Source: a virus
Lineage: Duplodnaviria; Caudoviricetes
DNA: 44,357 nt
IMG/VR virus record: IMGVR_UViG_3300047409_000205
Location: 1 to 44,357 of that record
Direction: 5' to 3' (one strand)
Of this stretch, positions 32,601 through 40,843 are shown piece after piece. The position numbers and the translations under genes are program-made. The notes beneath the pieces were generated by a model, which saw only the letters and a program-made list of their open reading frames with translations, was not told the DNA's origin and searched no databases. Position 1 is the first letter of the stretch; every line of letters begins with the position of its first letter.

Positions 32601-34552
32601 ATCGCGTCTGCCTTCCACCAGCCCGTTAAACCGGAAAGCGAGTTGGGATCAATCACGCTTCCGGCAGGAACGGAAATCCCATACTTGGTCCCGAGATATT
32701 TCTCGATGTTTTGAACGTCAGTGCCGGTCAACGCCAAATTGTAAAATAAGACCTCGGCAATATCGCCCTCTCCATACGTCGGGGTGCCATTACCGTTGTA
32801 ACCAAGGTAACCAAAATTCCCGGAGCTTGCCGAAGCAATGGTGCTGCCGATAGTTACGTTCACACCGTCAGTTCTCAGGGATACGTTGCCTAAAGCATCA
32901 CCGGTAGCGGCTGTCACCAAAATATGAAAAGCTATTGATGGAATAGCAAAGACGCCGTAGCCACCTCGGTTGGCAATATACAGGCCTGTTGAGGTATCAA
33001 TCAGAAACGCGCACAATGGCAACCCCGGTGCGGCATTACCAACCAGTGAACCCATTGACGTAGCGTTGGACGCCTGTTTCATCACCGCAAAGCAATACCA
33101 CGCAGAACCACCTGAAGGCGGAATGGCAAGGTTGAATCCCGCTGCGTTAGCAACACTAAATCGCACCACGGGTTTGCCGTTTATGATGTTGGTCTTGTAG
33201 ATCGGCGTGCCAACCGCCGTCCCGTGGTTTGTGGGGACGAGAATACTACTGCTATGCCACACCGTTACGGTATCGCCGTCTGCAAGTCCGCCTGTCCCCA
33301 CCGTGTAAGTCAGGTTTGCCGGATCAGTCAGCCCACCGCTATTGGTGACCGAGATCGTTTTCGCCCCCGTGCTCGCTGGCGTGTAAGTGAACGTGGCGCT
33401 TGGCGCAGCGGTAGTCAGTCCCACGGTAGTCGGCGTAAACGTCCCGCCACCGCCACCGTCGCTTGGTGTGACCGTCACCGTGCCGATCACTACCGCTCCC
33501 GGCGGCAACGCCACCATGAAATTAGTGGAAGCCACACTCACCGTGCCGGAACTTGGGCCGGTCAGCGCGTATATGGCCGCCACCGATGTGTAGGTGAGGT
33601 TCGCCGGGTTAGTCAGGCTCCCGCTATTAGTTACGCTGATAGTCTTTGCTCCGTATGAAGCGGGCGTGTAAGTGAACGTGGCCGAAGGCGTGCCAGTGCT
33701 CAGCGTCACGCTTGTCGGCGTAAATGTGCCGCCGCCGCCACCCGCACTCGGCGTCACAGTAACCGGGCTGGCAACGCCGCCGCCGCCGATCAACGCCACC
33801 GTGAAATTGGTCGAAGCCACGCTGATCCGCCCACTGGACGGGCCGGACAACGAATACGCCGTTGCAAACGAGCTGGCTACGAAACTGATCCCGGTTGGAT
33901 CGGTTAATCCACCGCTATTAGTAACAGAGATCGCCTTTGTTCCCGCGCTCGCCGGCGTGTAAGTGAACGTAGCCGAAGGCGCCCCGGTAGTAAGCGACAC
34001 GCTGGCGGGCGTGAACGTGCCGCCACCCGTGGCGTGCGGCGTCACCGTCACCGGCGCTGCGACGGTAGTCCCTGCCGGGAGCGCCACCGTAAAGTTACTT
34101 GAAGCCGCGCCCACTGTCCCCGCGCTCGGGCCCGATAACGTGTATGTGGTTGCCGCGGGCGGCGGCGGCCCCGCGGTAATCGCCCAGTGCAAAGAATAAT
34201 GGCTGCTATCTGGCATTCCGTTTAACTGCAACCGAAATCCTGCCGCCGTTTTACTGGTAATTATTCCAGGCCAGATATTGAATGGGCTTGAATCGGCCGT
34301 GTTCACCACCTGACACTCGGCCAATATCCAGTTTGCATCCGATTGCGCCGTCCCAAACACCACGTCGATATAAGTCTGCCCGCTCACCAGTGGCGTAATC
34401 CCGCTGGCGGTAATACCGCTGCCGGTGCTGCCGCCGCCCAGCCCGATCACGAATACCTCGCTAAAATCAATCGGCTTGGGCTCGGTGCCGACAAGCGAGC
34501 TCGTGCCCCTTACCTTGCCGGTCCTGGTTTCAAGCGGGAGAAATTCGGCCAT
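32597..34552 (-). CDS. Receptor-binding/adhesin-like protein: N-terminal small beta domain, 3 tandem ~95-aa Ig-like repeats, LamG/ConA-like C-terminal domain
   Basis: 3x YxLSGPSSG..ASTNFTVAL..VTVTP..GGGTFTPTSV.L.T..PSATFTYTPAS.G.KTISVTNSG.LTDP; NIINGKPVVRF, GDIAEVLFYNLAL..IEKYLGTKYGI. Confidence 0.8.
   Translation of the reverse strand: MAEFLPLETRTGKVRGTSSLVGTEPKPIDFSEVFVIGLGGGSTGSGITASGITPLVSGQTYIDVVFGTAQSDANWILAECQVVNTADSSPFNIWPGIITSKTAAGFRLQLNGMPDSSHYSLHWAITAGPPPPAATTYTLSGPSAGTVGAASSNFTVALPAGTTVAAPVTVTPHATGGGTFTPASVSLTTGAPSATFTYTPASAGTKAISVTNSGGLTDPTGISFVASSFATAYSLSGPSSGRISVASTNFTVALIGGGGVASPVTVTPSAGGGGGTFTPTSVTLSTGTPSATFTYTPASYGAKTISVTNSGSLTNPANLTYTSVAAIYALTGPSSGTVSVASTNFMVALPPGAVVIGTVTVTPSDGGGGGTFTPTTVGLTTAAPSATFTYTPASTGAKTISVTNSGGLTDPANLTYTVGTGGLADGDTVTVWHSSSILVPTNHGTAVGTPIYKTNIINGKPVVRFSVANAAGFNLAIPPSGGSAWYCFAVMKQASNATSMGSLVGNAAPGLPLCAFLIDTSTGLYIANRGGYGVFAIPSIAFHILVTAATGDALGNVSLRTDGVNVTIGSTIASASSGNFGYLGYNGNGTPTYGEGDIAEVLFYNLALTGTDVQNIEKYLGTKYGISVPAGSVIDPNSLSGLTGWWKADAI
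33300..34152 (-). repeat. Three tandem intragenic ~290-bp repeats (Ig-like units)
   Basis: GGCGTGTAAGTGAACGT recurs at ~33378, ~33663 and ~33954; the protein repeats are visible. Confidence 0.85.
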
Positions 34553-34553
34553 C

Positions 34554-35921
34554 TTAAATCACCTTCCGCCAGTGCTTGTTATTGCTCACCGTATTGTAAT
34601 CCGATGGGCCCACCTGGCCGGGATCGAGCGGATCCGCCGGGCCCGCATCCAGCCGCCACGTCTGTTCCTGGGGGCTGCCGCTTACGTTAATGACGATAAC
34701 CACCAGCGAGCTAATTGAGCGCGTCACCGTGGCTAACCCTTGCAGGGAAGGCGTGCCAGCCACGGTCAAAATTGCCACGACCTCAGAGTGGTAATCGTAT
34801 CCCAGCGTTGACACAGCCAGGGGCGCCGGCGGTATGTAACCCCACTCGGTTTCACACACGTCGCTTATCGTAGTTACCCCGCTGCCCGTGGGCGCGATCG
34901 GCCCGTAGTTATACGCGCCGCCGCCTTGGAGCACGTAACCCGGCACGGTGCATAATGCGCCGGCTCCGCCGCGGGACACCACCACGCCAAAAGGCAGGTA
35001 TTGAAAATTCTGGCCCTGCGCCTGGAGCCGATTGATTTGCCGGTTGATCTCGTCCTCCGCTTCGCCATCGGCCGCGGCCGCTTGTTGCCCGCGGATTTGC
35101 AGCAGCACCGGGTCGCGCTCATCGCTGGTATCGCTTTCACGCAACGAATCGGAGAACGCGCCCGCGCGCACATACTGCGCCAGCACCTCCGGGAAAAGGC
35201 AGCGCCGCCAAAAGGAAGTTTCCGTGGCCGGATCTTTGCCCGTTGTCACCTGTATGGCCTGATAACTTTCGCCCTGGTCCGCCACGTAAACCAAATCCCC
35301 GCGCAGATAAGTCCTCGAGTCGATGTAAGGGAAGATCGTGAATCGCTCAGCCGGGATAAGGTAACGCACAAACACCGTGAGCAATCCGCCCGCATCATAA
35401 ACCTGGATCCCGTGCTCGTTCGGCCGATGGTCCAGGCACCGCGGCGGCTTGCATACCGCCGGGTTATTCGCATACACGGATAAAACTTCGCCTATCCGGC
35501 GCCGGCAAACCTGGTCGAACGCGATGTAAGTATCCACCGCGTCCATTTTCTCCCAGTAAACCGTGTCACTGGGCGGGTTCCCGATCGGCGGATTGCTTAG
35601 CGCGCCTTCTGCTACACGGTAATAAGCGGCATCCACCAGGCTGTGAGTGGCTACGTTAGGAATATAGAACACTTCGTCCGGTTTCCCGTCCGCTCCAGCC
35701 TGGTAGAATTGACGCGAATCATTCCAAATCTGGCGGAAAGCCCGCTCCTCGGTGATCGTCCACTCCGGCCATTCCCATGCGAACCACGCCCGTTTCACCC
35801 GCGCGTTCACGTGTTCCACGAGCGAGAGCCCCGTATCGCTGCTCACCGCGTCCCCGCGCGGATCCATCCCGTGCCGGCGCAGGATCCCCTCAAAAACAGA
35901 TTTGAAAGTAACTGTTCGCAC
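34554..35921 (-). CDS. Head-tail adaptor / tubular protein A-like protein, paralogue 1
   Basis: MRTVTFKSVF..HGMDP..HVNARVKRAW..WEWPEWT; YIDSRTYLRGDLVY; FPEVLAQYVRAGAFSDSLR; extra C-terminal domain. Confidence 0.65.
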   Translation of the reverse strand: MRTVTFKSVFEGILRRHGMDPRGDAVSSDTGLSLVEHVNARVKRAWFAWEWPEWTITEERAFRQIWNDSRQFYQAGADGKPDEVFYIPNVATHSLVDAAYYRVAEGALSNPPIGNPPSDTVYWEKMDAVDTYIAFDQVCRRRIGEVLSVYANNPAVCKPPRCLDHRPNEHGIQVYDAGGLLTVFVRYLIPAERFTIFPYIDSRTYLRGDLVYVADQGESYQAIQVTTGKDPATETSFWRRCLFPEVLAQYVRAGAFSDSLRESDTSDERDPVLLQIRGQQAAAADGEAEDEINRQINRLQAQGQNFQYLPFGVVVSRGGAGALCTVPGYVLQGGGAYNYGPIAPTGSGVTTISDVCETEWGYIPPAPLAVSTLGYDYHSEVVAILTVAGTPSLQGLATVTRSISSLVVIVINVSGSPQEQTWRLDAGPADPLDPGQVGPSDYNTVSNNKHWRKVI

Positions 35922-36350
35922 TTATTGCGAGTAAGTGATCCAAATATCCGCCACGCCCGCGGTCCCAGCGGTTACAATTTCGATCCCGCTGGTAAGCCCT
36001 ATCGGCACCTCGGCGCTTATCGGGGTAGTAGTGCCGATCGCCGCCGTGGCAGAATAAAGAATTTTCGGCGTGCCTTCCTTGCTGCGGATCGTGATCGTCC
36101 AGCCGGTGCCCGCGTTGGAAACCGCAACTGTCACCGTGTAAACGTAAGCCGTCGAGCTCACCACCGCGGTCGTGGCGCTGGTGGTGATATGCGCCGAGTA
36201 AGCCGTAGTCGCGGCCAGCACCGTGCTGCCCACCTTGGCCACGCTGCTCACATACACCGGCTGGCTGGCCGGGTTAGTAACGACAACATTGCCCGCCTGC
36301 GTCGCCGCAGCGATCGCCACGATAAGAGTTAAAGCTAATAGTTTCTTCAT
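35922..36350 (-). CDS. Secreted beta-rich protein with Sec signal peptide
   Basis: MKKLLALTLIVAIAAATQA|G classic n-h-c signal peptide; paralogous to 23006-23332. Confidence 0.8.
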   Translation of the reverse strand: MKKLLALTLIVAIAAATQAGNVVVTNPASQPVYVSSVAKVGSTVLAATTAYSAHITTSATTAVVSSTAYVYTVTVAVSNAGTGWTITIRSKEGTPKILYSATAAIGTTTPISAEVPIGLTSGIEIVTAGTAGVADIWITYSQ

Positions 36351-37351
36351 GTTAGTTCCCTTTCCTGCTTTCCTGCTTTCCTTAGAGATTCTTCTTCTGC
36401 CGGAAAATTGACTTCCACTTCGTCATCCGTTTGGATCCCGAGATCATCCATGAGACATGGGCTAAGGTCCGCCACGCGCTCCGTGCTTTCGTTCGGTCCC
36501 CAGTCCGCGGGAAACGCTTTGAGCGCGATCCCGGTTTTGAGCGCCATGACTAGCGCCACTCCTTCGCACAGCATCGGCTTTGGTGTTTTGGCGTAGTCCC
36601 ACCGGCAGGCGACATAGTGCACGTATGGATTAAGCCGGCGCGCCAGCCCGGTCGTTCCGCTCGGTTGATAAGGCAGAAATAAATGTGGCGCCTGCTCGAT
36701 GCTGGTGATGAACGCCAGCCCTTCGCTCCTCGAGACGCCAGTATCCTCCGGGCCGCCGAAGGATGAAGCTTTGCCGGTGACGCTAAAGAGCGAGCCTGAT
36801 GTTGCCGGCGGCGGCCGAAACGGCGGCGGTTCAATCGTTTGCCCGCTTATCGCTTCAGCGATCGCCATACACACCGCATCGAAGCACGCCTGGTAAATGA
36901 ACACGTCTGAGGTGCTATCCACGAAACAGACTTCGATAAGGATCGCCGGCTTCTCCGTGTTATTTAGAAAGAAAAGGTCAGTCCGCTTTTTCGGCCCACG
37001 ATTCTTCAACCCCGAAGCCTCGCTTATTACAAAGGCCACTTCTGCTGCTTTGGCTTCCTGGGTAACGTAAAGGCACTCCGTCCCCATGGGCGATTCGGTT
37101 TCCTCGTAAGCGTTGAAATGCACCGAAACATCCAGGTCGCGCGCCTGCGAATTATGATAATCAACGATGCGCTCCAGGTTCTCCTGCTGCGAATCCGAAA
37201 CATCATCATGGAACGTCTTTACGCCCACGCCTGCGCTCTCGAGCGCTTCAGCCACCGCGTTCACCACCCGCCGCGCTTCATCCACTTCATCGATGATACC
37301 GCTGGCGCCACGGCAGTCTCTGGCGTGCCCGCTTGAGATAACTATCCGCAC
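36347..37351 (-). CDS. Endolysin: N-acetylmuramoyl-L-alanine amidase (Amidase_3) + C-terminal DPBB/RlpA-like domain
   Basis: ISSGH, E, DVSVHFNA, GTE, NRGPK.RTDLFFLN, AILIEVCFVD; C-terminal ASSFGG...ADWGP...ADLSP..LGI. Confidence 0.92.
   Translation of the reverse strand: MRIVISSGHARDCRGASGIIDEVDEARRVVNAVAEALESAGVGVKTFHDDVSDSQQENLERIVDYHNSQARDLDVSVHFNAYEETESPMGTECLYVTQEAKAAEVAFVISEASGLKNRGPKKRTDLFFLNNTEKPAILIEVCFVDSTSDVFIYQACFDAVCMAIAEAISGQTIEPPPFRPPPATSGSLFSVTGKASSFGGPEDTGVSRSEGLAFITSIEQAPHLFLPYQPSGTTGLARRLNPYVHYVACRWDYAKTPKPMLCEGVALVMALKTGIALKAFPADWGPNESTERVADLSPCLMDDLGIQTDDEVEVNFPAEEESLRKAGKQERELT
36362..36389. repeat. Dispersed repeat (TTCCTGCk)2TTCCTTAG(AGAT); other copies at 24414-24437, 37369-37396, 40283-40311 and inverted at 40233-40256
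   Basis: Five copies read directly from the sequence. Confidence 0.85.
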
Positions 37352-37794
37352 GCCGCCCCCTCTGTTGTTTCCTGCGTTCCTGCTTTCCTTAGAGATTCAT
37401 CCTTAAACCCGTTCACCATCACGTAACGCGCCGGCGGCACAGGCGCCTTTAGCTCGGGGTGCTCCTTCAAAATGTAATTAAGATGATCGGGGTCATGGAA
37501 GGCGTGCCGGCCATACTTCGTCCTGGTAAACGCCACCAACTCCTCGTCCACCACCGCCTTGCGTTGCCCTACCCCGTCCACGAAGCGCGGCTGCGTATGT
37601 TTCTCGCGCTCCGCCAGGCGCCGCTGGCGCCACCATGCCCGCGCTATCCGCCAGCGCAGGAGCTCGAGCTTGCGCTTCCGGTAATCTTCCCATTTCCGGC
37701 CACTGCACAGCTCATTAACAATCGGCTTATCGAGAAGAGGCGCCAGGATTTCCACCGTTTCCATCGGTCCCATGTGGTCATCACTGGCGCCCAT
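37342..37794 (-). CDS. Conserved hypothetical protein downstream of capsid
   Basis: 150 aa, GAGGAG SD, DGVGQ...KYG..AFHDPD.LNYILKEHPEL pattern. Confidence 0.75.
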   Translation of the reverse strand: MGASDDHMGPMETVEILAPLLDKPIVNELCSGRKWEDYRKRKLELLRWRIARAWWRQRRLAEREKHTQPRFVDGVGQRKAVVDEELVAFTRTKYGRHAFHDPDHLNYILKEHPELKAPVPPARYVMVNGFKDESLRKAGTQETTEGAACG

Positions 37795-37840
37795 TTCTCC
37801 TCGGTATCTATGCCTTTAACCTTCGTTGTCTGTCTCGTTT

Positions 37841-37893
37841 CTCCCTCGCCCGCTCCCCCTATAATCCCGGAGAGGAAACGGGCAGAGGCAGAG
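37841..37893 (-). terminator. GC-rich stem-loop after the major capsid gene (stabiliser/attenuator)
   Basis: CTCTGCCCGTTTCCTCT...AGGGGGAGCGGGCGAG imperfect stem right after TAATAA; no clear U-tract. Confidence 0.45.
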
Positions 37894-37898
37894 TGTTA

Positions 37899-38885
37899 TT
37901 ACGTCGCTACCACTTTGAAGTGCGCCCGCGGATCGCCATACTCGTAACCGAGGATGGAATCCACCAGCGCGCTCTCGCCGCCGCCCATGTAAGGGAGCTT
38001 CGTTACGTCGCAGTAGAAGCTCGGGCGCATTTTCAGCATGGTCATGTCGATCCCGTAACCATGCTTCTGATCCGGCATCCAGGGATCCACCACAATGTCG
38101 AAGGAACCAAAGTCGCCTTCATACATGTCCACGCCGTAACCGGCAAACTTCCGGCTATCGATCGCGTCCGCCGTGGTGCGCACGATCACGGTGTAATTGG
38201 TGACGTTCGGCTTATACTTGCCGAAGAGCTGGCTGATCTGGTTTTTGAGCGCGCTACCACAGAAGAATGTGAGCTCTGTGGTCATGCCCAGCGCGTCGAA
38301 ACGCGCTTTCAACATGGCTGAGAACGCCAATTCATCGAATAGCACCAGCGTGCCAGAGTAAATCTGCGCCGTTGGCGTGGTGTAACCGACAGGCGGCGTT
38401 GTCACCGCGTCACCGGTCCACACCAGTGTCCCATCGTTAATCACGCGACCTATCCCCAGCATCTTTGTGCCCACCGCGCCGGTGTCATCGGCGCTCGCCT
38501 GGGTGCTGAGCAGGACTTGTTCAATGTCCCGTTTCTGGTCGATCACTTTCTTTGCAACCTGGTGGGCATACTTCCCGAAGTCGCCCGCCGTATCGTTCAC
38601 CCGATCGGAAATCACGCTCACCCGCGGCTGACGCCAGAAGCGTTGTGCCCGGTTGTATGTGCGCGCTTCCGTATCGCCTTCAAACGTTGTCACGTCCGCA
38701 TTCTCAGCGGGCGGTGTAATCTGCCGTGCGCCCAGCGCCTCCAGCGGCCACGAGAAAAGCATGTTCGTTACTTTTGAACCTTTCCTCATGCGCGAGCTTA
38801 AGGGCGTGTTGCGCACGTCTGCCTGGATCAAGTCATCGCTTAGATCCTCGTGCACTATCTCTGTAGTTGTTACTACTGCTGCCAT
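37899..38885 (-). CDS. Major capsid protein (SU10/DUF5309-like)
   Basis: HEDLSD.LIQAD..NTPLSS, FSW, NRAQRF, KRDIEQVLLS, VDMYEGDFG, LPYMGGG; follows scaffold; AGGAG SD. Confidence 0.9.
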   Translation of the reverse strand: MAAVVTTTEIVHEDLSDDLIQADVRNTPLSSRMRKGSKVTNMLFSWPLEALGARQITPPAENADVTTFEGDTEARTYNRAQRFWRQPRVSVISDRVNDTAGDFGKYAHQVAKKVIDQKRDIEQVLLSTQASADDTGAVGTKMLGIGRVINDGTLVWTGDAVTTPPVGYTTPTAQIYSGTLVLFDELAFSAMLKARFDALGMTTELTFFCGSALKNQISQLFGKYKPNVTNYTVIVRTTADAIDSRKFAGYGVDMYEGDFGSFDIVVDPWMPDQKHGYGIDMTMLKMRPSFYCDVTKLPYMGGGESALVDSILGYEYGDPRAHFKVVAT

Positions 38886-38916
38886 TGTAAATTTCTCCTT
38901 TTGTTACTGCCCCTTA

Positions 38917-40023
38917 TCAGACCAGGGCAGCTTGTTTTCCGCCGGCGCGCCCGGCCTCTGAAGCTGCTAGTTTCCGTTTAATTCTGTCCTCCAGCGCTTC
39001 GTTGGTCATGCCCGCGGCGTAAAACGCTTCGTCCGCTTGTTTGGTATCCACACGCTCGCCACCTCCGCCTCTGCTTTGTCCCGGCCCGCCACTTGCCGAA
39101 CGGCTCTTAATAACACCGGGTGCCGCTGCTACTTTCGGTGCGCCCAGGATTGCTTGCGCCCCCGGGCTAAGTGCTTTGCCGCCGCTACTCTTGCCAGTTT
39201 TCGCCAGGCGCATCTTGCGCCCCGCCAGGTAATCGCCTATGTCGAGAGCCCAGGTCGGTTCCTGAAGAACCCATGGCATCCGTTGCACAATCGTAGCCGC
39301 TTCCCTGCCCGCTTCGGTTGCCTTCCACAGATCGGGGTAAACGGTTTTGGCTTGCGCAATTTGCGCTTCCACTTCGGCCACGAAATCGCGCCTTGCCGGG
39401 AGCGCCTCTATCGCTTCATCAGCGTCCAGGCCCATCTGGATAATCTCTTCCCGGCTGTAATCCTTGCGGATATCGTTGCCCTGCTCGTCCTTGCCTACCA
39501 GCACGTCATCCGCGCCATCGGGATTAGTCCTGGCAAATCGCCGGATCTCTTTCCAATGGTTTTCCGCGGCAGCCAGGCTCTGCCTGTCCACCACTTCGCT
39601 TAACGTTTTGGTCGGCCGCAGTTGCACGCTGGTCGCCTGCTGGAGCTGTGCGGCCAGCTTTTCAGCTTCCGCTTTCCATTGGTCGCGCTCGAGTGTGCGT
39701 TCCCGCCTTTTCCGCGCTTCCTCCGCTACCCGCGCCTTGGCCGATGGCACCCAACTGTCGGGCACCGGCAGCTCCTCAGCTTCGTCGGCCGCCGCCGGCA
39801 CTTCCGCCGGCTGCTCTTCCGTTTCCTCTGGCTCAGGTTGCTCCTCTGGCTCTGGCTCTTCCTCTGGCTTTTGTTGCGGTTGCTGAGCAACCGGGGTTTC
39901 TACCCCCAGCTCCTTGCGAACCGCCGCTTGCAACGGGCTTAAGGTTTCTGCCTTTGGCTCCGGTTGCGTTGGTGTGGGTTGTTCAGACTCGCCTGTTCCC
40001 GCGGCGCCCTGCGCTTGGTCCAT
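38917..40023 (-). CDS. Capsid scaffolding protein
   Basis: Acidic Pro/Glu-rich N-terminus, coiled coil, directly upstream of capsid; GGAGG SD. Confidence 0.8.
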   Translation of the reverse strand: MDQAQGAAGTGESEQPTPTQPEPKAETLSPLQAAVRKELGVETPVAQQPQQKPEEEPEPEEQPEPEETEEQPAEVPAAADEAEELPVPDSWVPSAKARVAEEARKRRERTLERDQWKAEAEKLAAQLQQATSVQLRPTKTLSEVVDRQSLAAAENHWKEIRRFARTNPDGADDVLVGKDEQGNDIRKDYSREEIIQMGLDADEAIEALPARRDFVAEVEAQIAQAKTVYPDLWKATEAGREAATIVQRMPWVLQEPTWALDIGDYLAGRKMRLAKTGKSSGGKALSPGAQAILGAPKVAAAPGVIKSRSASGGPGQSRGGGGERVDTKQADEAFYAAGMTNEALEDRIKRKLAASEAGRAGGKQAALV

Positions 40024-40160
40024 GGAATCCCTCCTCCAAGTTGGAACACCATTGCTGTTTGTGCGCCGGCACCTTGCCAGAGCTAAGGCCGAATGGTGAT
40101 AAGAGCCTCACGAATTGAGGCCTTAAGGGAGATACCTACACCTTGTCCACTAACTCACCG

Positions 40161-40203
40161 CCCTGATCGACCCTGATCGACCTTGATCGACCTTGATCGA
40201 CCC
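40161..40203. repeat. 4x 10-bp tandem repeat CCyTGATCGA upstream of the scaffold/capsid operon
   Basis: ccctgatcga ccctgatcga ccttgatcga ccttgatcga ccc, intergenic. Confidence 0.9.
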
Positions 40204-40232
40204 AACTTTGGCTGTATTAGACTTGAGAATTG

Positions 40233-40311
40233 CTAAGGAAAGCAAGAAAGCAGGAAGCCCTCTTTACCCTTTTCTTCTCTTTTTCCTGCGGTTCCTGCGT
40301 TCCTTAGAGAT
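40233..40311. terminator. Inverted pair of the dispersed repeat forming a long hairpin at the end of the terminase cluster
   Basis: CTAAGGAAAGCAAGAAAGCAGGAA (40233-40256) vs TTCCTGCGGTTCCTGCGTTCCTTAG (40283-40307); includes the stop codon of 40304-40630. Confidence 0.55.
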
Positions 40312-40630
40312 CCCCTGTCGGCCGATTGATCTCCCCGCCGATCAACTTGATCCCATCCTCGCGCCGGCTCAGCAACTCTTCGCGCAACATTTTAAGGTGC
40401 GCAGCGCCGCCCACGTAACCCGCCAGGATCGTTGGCGGATCCATGCTGGCCCAGGCGTTCTCGTGCGCGTTAGCTTCCGCGGTATCGATGAGCTGATGCA
40501 ACGCACGCCATAGCCGATCGTCAGTAGATACCGCGAAAGCCGTATTCAGCTCCGCCTCGTTAAGCTCCTTGCCCTTCTCTACCCGGATCGTGCGAGTAAT
40601 GTTCAGGAAATTCAGGCCGCCCATTGGCAT
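40304..40630 (-). CDS. Conserved helical hypothetical protein upstream of scaffold
   Basis: 108 aa, LWRALHQLID...GYVGGAAHL..LREEL; position typical of small portal/scaffold-linked genes. Confidence 0.7.
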   Translation of the reverse strand: MPMGGLNFLNITRTIRVEKGKELNEAELNTAFAVSTDDRLWRALHQLIDTAEANAHENAWASMDPPTILAGYVGGAAHLKMLREELLSRREDGIKLIGGEINRPTGDL

Positions 40631-40636
40631 AAAACC

Positions 40637-40843
40637 TCATTCATCCAGCACATCCAGCGCGTCCAGCACATCGCGCTTTATCTGGTCCGCATTGTAATAC
40701 GCGCAGCCGCCGCCGATGTGATTGGCCTTAATCACGCCCTGGGAAAGCAAGCTCTTCATTTTGTATTGAGACACCCCGTTCGCCTGGAGCCATTCCTTTA
40801 ACTCCGCGTAACGCAGGTGCGGCTTTGGCGCGATTATGCTCAT
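40637..40843 (-). CDS. Small wHTH/Xis-like DNA-binding protein
   Basis: LRYAELKEWLQANGVSQYKMKSLLSQGVIK...AYYNADQI. Confidence 0.6.
   Translation of the reverse strand: MSIIAPKPHLRYAELKEWLQANGVSQYKMKSLLSQGVIKANHIGGGCAYYNADQIKRDVLDALDVLDE

Noticed and set aside
29668-34552. Diversity-generating retroelement or invertible tail-fibre cassette
   Set aside because: No reverse transcriptase, no TR/VR pair differing at adenines, and no invertase or flanking inverted repeats seen.
35922-36350. Spanin next to the endolysin
   Set aside because: No lipobox cysteine and no C-terminal TM segment; it is paralogous to a soluble beta protein.
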